This document shows, piece by piece, positions 50,806-54,341 of a stretch of DNA of 54,341 nucleotides. Source of the DNA: Pseudomonadota bacterium (GTDB taxonomy: Bacteria > Pseudomonadota > Gammaproteobacteria > Burkholderiales > Burkholderiaceae_A); the NCBI GenBank assembly GCA_041163175.1, contig JBEARM010000009.1:1-54341 (forward strand), read 5' to 3'. The notes beneath the pieces are model-generated. The model was not told where the DNA came from and did not search any database. It saw only the letters and a list, made by a program, of their open reading frames with translations. How positions within the stretch are numbered: position 1 is the first letter of the stretch; the number at the start of each line of letters is the position of its first letter. Position numbers and translations under genes: made by a program.

Positions 50806-51581
50806 CGACCAACAAACTCTGGGGGTATCTTTGCAAGAAAAGCTTGATAGCCAATTCGAAAGTCTTCCGTGTCGAAGCAATCAAAGCATTCGTCACGCTC
50901 GGATGCCGAAATGGGTGTGGTATCGGTCAGGCGTCTCGCGAACTTCTTATGCCAACGAGCCACCAACGGCGCACCGGCTGCCACCCGTCGGGCTGTTTCT
51001 TGTGCCTCCCTCTCGACCTCACTGTCTTTGACAACCCTTGAAACAAGCCCAATTCGAAGTGCCTCGTTCGCATCGAAGATCCTGCCCTCCAAAAGAATCT
51101 CAAGGGCTTTGGATGGGCCAAGGAGCTTGGTGAGAGGGCTCATTTCACTGTAGGCCATCACAAGCCCTAGGCGATTGATCGGTGCCCCAAACCGACTCGA
51201 TTCCCCACAGATTCGGATGTCGGCCATGGAGGCGATCTCCATGCCACCTCCGACACAAATTCCATGCACCTGGGCCACAATCGGATGCGGGCAAGCGGAG
51301 ATGGCCGCGATCGTTCTGTGCATGACCTCACCGTAGGCAACAGCCTGAAGTTTGTTTGATCGCTCGGTCTCGAACTCGCTAATGTCATTTCCAGGCGAGA
51401 AAGACTTCTCGCCAGCGCCGCGGATGATGATGCAGCGGATGTCGTCATCTGCAGACAGGCGCTCAAAGGCTGCCCCAAGTTCCTGCCAGAGCGGCTTGGT
51501 CATGGCATTTAACTTTTCGGGGCGGTTGATGGTGAGTGATGCAATGTGTCCTTGCCTCGACTCGAGCAGAATCTTGGTCAT
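50802..51581 (-). CDS. Enoyl-CoA hydratase/isomerase (crotonase) family
   Basis: NRPEKLNA, FSPGND, GICVGGGME, ADIR. Confidence 0.92.
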   Translation of the reverse strand: MTKILLESRQGHIASLTINRPEKLNAMTKPLWQELGAAFERLSADDDIRCIIIRGAGEKSFSPGNDISEFETERSNKLQAVAYGEVMHRTIAAISACPHPIVAQVHGICVGGGMEIASMADIRICGESSRFGAPINRLGLVMAYSEMSPLTKLLGPSKALEILLEGRIFDANEALRIGLVSRVVKDSEVEREAQETARRVAAGAPLVARWHKKFARRLTDTTPISASERDECFDCFDTEDFRIGYQAFLAKIPPEFVGR

Positions 51582-51596
51582 TGCGGTAGGCCTCAA

Positions 51597-52883
51597 TTAA
51601 CGATAGAAATATTCAACCAGTCCCATACCGGTGACTGGCACGTAGGTCACAAGCATGAGCACGGTGAACAAGACGCCAATGAAGTAGATGTTGACCCGGG
51701 TGGTCTCCCAGACGCTGCACTTCGCAATGGCGCTTGAGACCATCAAGACACTTGCGACTGGTGGGGTCTGCTGCCCAATCCCAAGGTTGATCGTGACAAT
51801 GAGTCCGAACTGGACAGGATCGATCCCTACGGCCAACACCAGCGGCATAACAACGGGCACCACCAGAATAATGGCTGCCGCCGAGTGAAGGAACACCCCA
51901 AGGAAAAGAAAAACAATATTTAGAAGAGCAAGGACAACATACTTATCCGATGTCAATTCAGAGACTTGCGCAGCGAGCTGCTGTGGGGCGGAGATTTCGG
52001 TGAGGTAGTTGCCCAGCAGCCCACTCGTAGCGACGAGCAGCATGACCACTGCAGTCTGCGTGCCCCCCTCCATGATGGCTGAACGCAGGTGGGACCAGTC
52101 GAGATCTCGGTAGATGACCAATCCGATAAACAAGGCGGCGAGCACTGCCAAGGCAGCGCCTTCGGTCGCCGTGACGACACCGCCAAAAATCCCGCCGAGG
52201 ATGATGACCGGAAGTAACAATGCCCAACTCGCCTCCTTGGTAGCGATCCAAAGCTTGCGGCCCGAGAATCGCTCCTCGACAGGTAGGTTGTATCGGCGTG
52301 CAAAGTAGTAGGCCATTCCCATCAGTCCAAAGCCACCAATGAGTCCCGGAACGATTCCGGCCACAAAGAGCTGCACCACCGATGTTTCGGCCATAACCGC
52401 ATACAGAATCATGGGAATCGAGGGGGGAATGATGATGGCAAGCGTTGCAGAGGATGAGGTGACGGCGGCAGACAAGGGAGCGGAGTAGCCCTTACGTTTC
52501 ATCTCGGGAATCAGGACTGAACCCAGTGCCGCGACATCCGCAACAGCCGAGCCTGAGATCTCGGCAAAAAAGAGAGACACGCCAATGTTGACATGGGCTA
52601 ATCCGCCCCGAATCCAGCCAAAGAGTGCGGTTGCCAGCCCCACTAGGCGCCTTGAGATGCCCGAGGAGTTCATGATGGCGCCTGCCAGAATGAACAAGGG
52701 TATGGCAAGCAGAGGGAAATTGGTGGCGCTCTGGTAGAGCACAATGGGTAGATTCGGCAGGACGTCGAGGCCTTGAGTCAGCACCATGGCGGCGGTGGCC
52801 ACCACCCCGAGGGCCACAGCGATCGGAACGTTGAGCAGCACCAGGATAAGAACAGTTCCAAACAGAATGACCATGGTCTGCAT
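51597..52883 (-). CDS. TRAP transporter large permease (DctM family)
   Basis: LLAIPLFILAG, ISGSAVAD, IIPPSIP, TPPV. Confidence 0.94.
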   Translation of the reverse strand: MQTMVILFGTVLILVLLNVPIAVALGVVATAAMVLTQGLDVLPNLPIVLYQSATNFPLLAIPLFILAGAIMNSSGISRRLVGLATALFGWIRGGLAHVNIGVSLFFAEISGSAVADVAALGSVLIPEMKRKGYSAPLSAAVTSSSATLAIIIPPSIPMILYAVMAETSVVQLFVAGIVPGLIGGFGLMGMAYYFARRYNLPVEERFSGRKLWIATKEASWALLLPVIILGGIFGGVVTATEGAALAVLAALFIGLVIYRDLDWSHLRSAIMEGGTQTAVVMLLVATSGLLGNYLTEISAPQQLAAQVSELTSDKYVVLALLNIVFLFLGVFLHSAAAIILVVPVVMPLVLAVGIDPVQFGLIVTINLGIGQQTPPVASVLMVSSAIAKCSVWETTRVNIYFIGVLFTVLMLVTYVPVTGMGLVEYFYR

Positions 52884-52892
52884 GGGTTGTCC

Positions 52893-53396
52893 TTAAGCCT
52901 GTGGCCGCTGTCGGAGCAGATCGTACAGCGTCAAAAACTCTGAGATCAGAATCAGGACGGCTGAGATCGGAATAACAGATTGAAGGAGATCCATGGTAAC
53001 CGTGGGGAGGCTGCTCATGGAATCGGTCGCTAAGATGGGCAGGATCTTCAGGCCCATCCAGCCCACGAGGGCGAAGAAGCCAATAACAACCAATTGCCCC
53101 ATCACGGAGAACCAGCGTCGAGGACCGGGTGGAAGGAGGTCAACAATCTCGGGGCAGCCGATGTGTGCTCGCTTAAAAGAGGCCAAGGCTGACCCGTAGA
53201 AGGTTAGCCATGCGAGCAGCATAGATGCGACCTCGTCGTACCAGACCAAAGGGTTTCCAAGTGTTCGAAAGATCACGCCGGCAGTGACCTCCAGAAAGAG
53301 CACCACCATGAGGATACCGACGAGCCACTCTAAACATCGACCGTAAAGCGCGCGAAGGCCCCCAACGGGTGTCTCAGGAACACCGATATGTGACAT
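52893..53396 (-). CDS. TRAP transporter small permease (DctQ family)
   Basis: Four TM segments, WYDEV...WLTFYG...HI. Confidence 0.9.
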   Translation of the reverse strand: MSHIGVPETPVGGLRALYGRCLEWLVGILMVVLFLEVTAGVIFRTLGNPLVWYDEVASMLLAWLTFYGSALASFKRAHIGCPEIVDLLPPGPRRWFSVMGQLVVIGFFALVGWMGLKILPILATDSMSSLPTVTMDLLQSVIPISAVLILISEFLTLYDLLRQRPQA

Positions 53397-53420
53397 CGCA
53401 GTGGCCTTCGCTGACCGCAG

Positions 53421-54341
53421 TTATCGCAGGCTATTGGCCTTGTCGATCAGAGCCTGTGCCCCCTTGACCTCAGTGCCGAAGTCCTTGTAAATCTCTTTGC
53501 TTGCCTCCACGAATGCCTTCTTGTCGACCTCATTGGCCTTGGTGCCAGCAGCAGTGATTTTCTCTAGGAGCTCCCGGTCGCCCTTGGCTGCCGTTTCATA
53601 GACGAAGGCCTGCGTTTCTTTGGCGGTGTCTTCGAGAATCTTACGAACATCGGCGGGCAGCGTGGCCCACTTTTTCGAGCCAGCAGTGAGATAGGCCGGC
53701 GTGTAAACGTGGCCGCTGAGGCTGATGAACTTTTGGACCTCTTGGAACTTGGCTGAATAGATTTGGGTAAAGGGGTTCTCCTGGCCATCCATGACGCCAG
53801 TCTGCAGGGCGGTGAAGACTTCCTTGAAACTCATGGGCGAAGGGTTGGCGCCATATTCCTGAAACATCCGAACCCGCCACTTTCCCTCCGGCACCCGAAG
53901 CTTGATACCCTTGAGATCGGCGGGCACGACGATCGGGCGCTTGTTGTTGGTGATGTGTCGGTAGCCGTTCTCCCAGACGCCGAGAATCTTAAGCCCTTTC
54001 TTTTCTGCCTCAGGTGCGAGGACGGGCCAGACGATATCCTTCTCAATGCGCTGCATGTGCTTCCGATCCTGCACCAGATACGGCAGTTCGAAGATGCCGA
54101 AGAGGTCAGACTCCGATGTCATGACTGAGGACGGAAGGGCCAGATCGATGGTGCCGAGTTTCAGCTTCTGAACCATTTCCTTGTCGCCACCCAACTGGCT
54201 TGACCCGAAGACGGTCACTTTGGCCTTGCCGGCGAGTTTTGCATTGGCCCGCTTTGCGAACTCTTCTGAGGAGAGCGCGAAGAGGGACCCAGGAGATCCC
54301 ACATGGCCGAGCTTGATCTCGAGTTCTTGAGCCATGAGGGA
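53421..54341 (-). CDS. TRAP substrate-binding protein (DctP family; 5' end beyond the window)
   Basis: SQLGGD, ENGYR, DLKGIKLRV, LQTGVMDGQENP. Confidence 0.93.
   Translation of the reverse strand, partial: SLMAQELEIKLGHVGSPGSLFALSSEEFAKRANAKLAGKAKVTVFGSSQLGGDKEMVQKLKLGTIDLALPSSVMTSESDLFGIFELPYLVQDRKHMQRIEKDIVWPVLAPEAEKKGLKILGVWENGYRHITNNKRPIVVPADLKGIKLRVPEGKWRVRMFQEYGANPSPMSFKEVFTALQTGVMDGQENPFTQIYSAKFQEVQKFISLSGHVYTPAYLTAGSKKWATLPADVRKILEDTAKETQAFVYETAAKGDRELLEKITAAGTKANEVDKKAFVEASKEIYKDFGTEVKGAQALIDKANSLR

Overview
GC-rich betaproteobacterial (Burkholderiales-like) chromosome segment with very compact gene packing. Left: katG (partial, with an OxyR-type operator), small membrane and metal proteins, cytochrome b and c', modABC, rraA, parE-parC, sigma32-driven htpG, two c-type cytochromes, moaA, rne, rluC, S49 peptidase and maf. 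Middle: a ~20.7 kb same-strand run, yceD-rpmF-plsX-fabHDG-acpP-fabF-rpoE-rseAB-degP-lepAB-rnc-era-recO-pdxJ-acpS-nagZ-udg-uvrC-mtgA-EamA. Right: accessory genes (SDR, stand-alone formyltransferase-like protein, an ORFan, membrane spermidine-synthase-like protein, HIT protein, beta-barrel, DEDDh/GIY-YIG nuclease) and a TRAP/enoyl-CoA hydratase/CoA-transferase operon. I saw no rRNA, tRNA, CRISPR array, transposase or phage gene, and I cannot support a new multi-gene system. The most notable signals are regulatory: many apparently leaderless genes, including a 21-bp bidirectional promoter between maf and yceD; a sigma54 promoter with tandem NtrC-like sites whose predicted start falls on the HIT start codon; and a DnaA-box pair at parE. 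htpG and udg each carry frameshifting internal deletions near the 3' end, which may be assembly errors.
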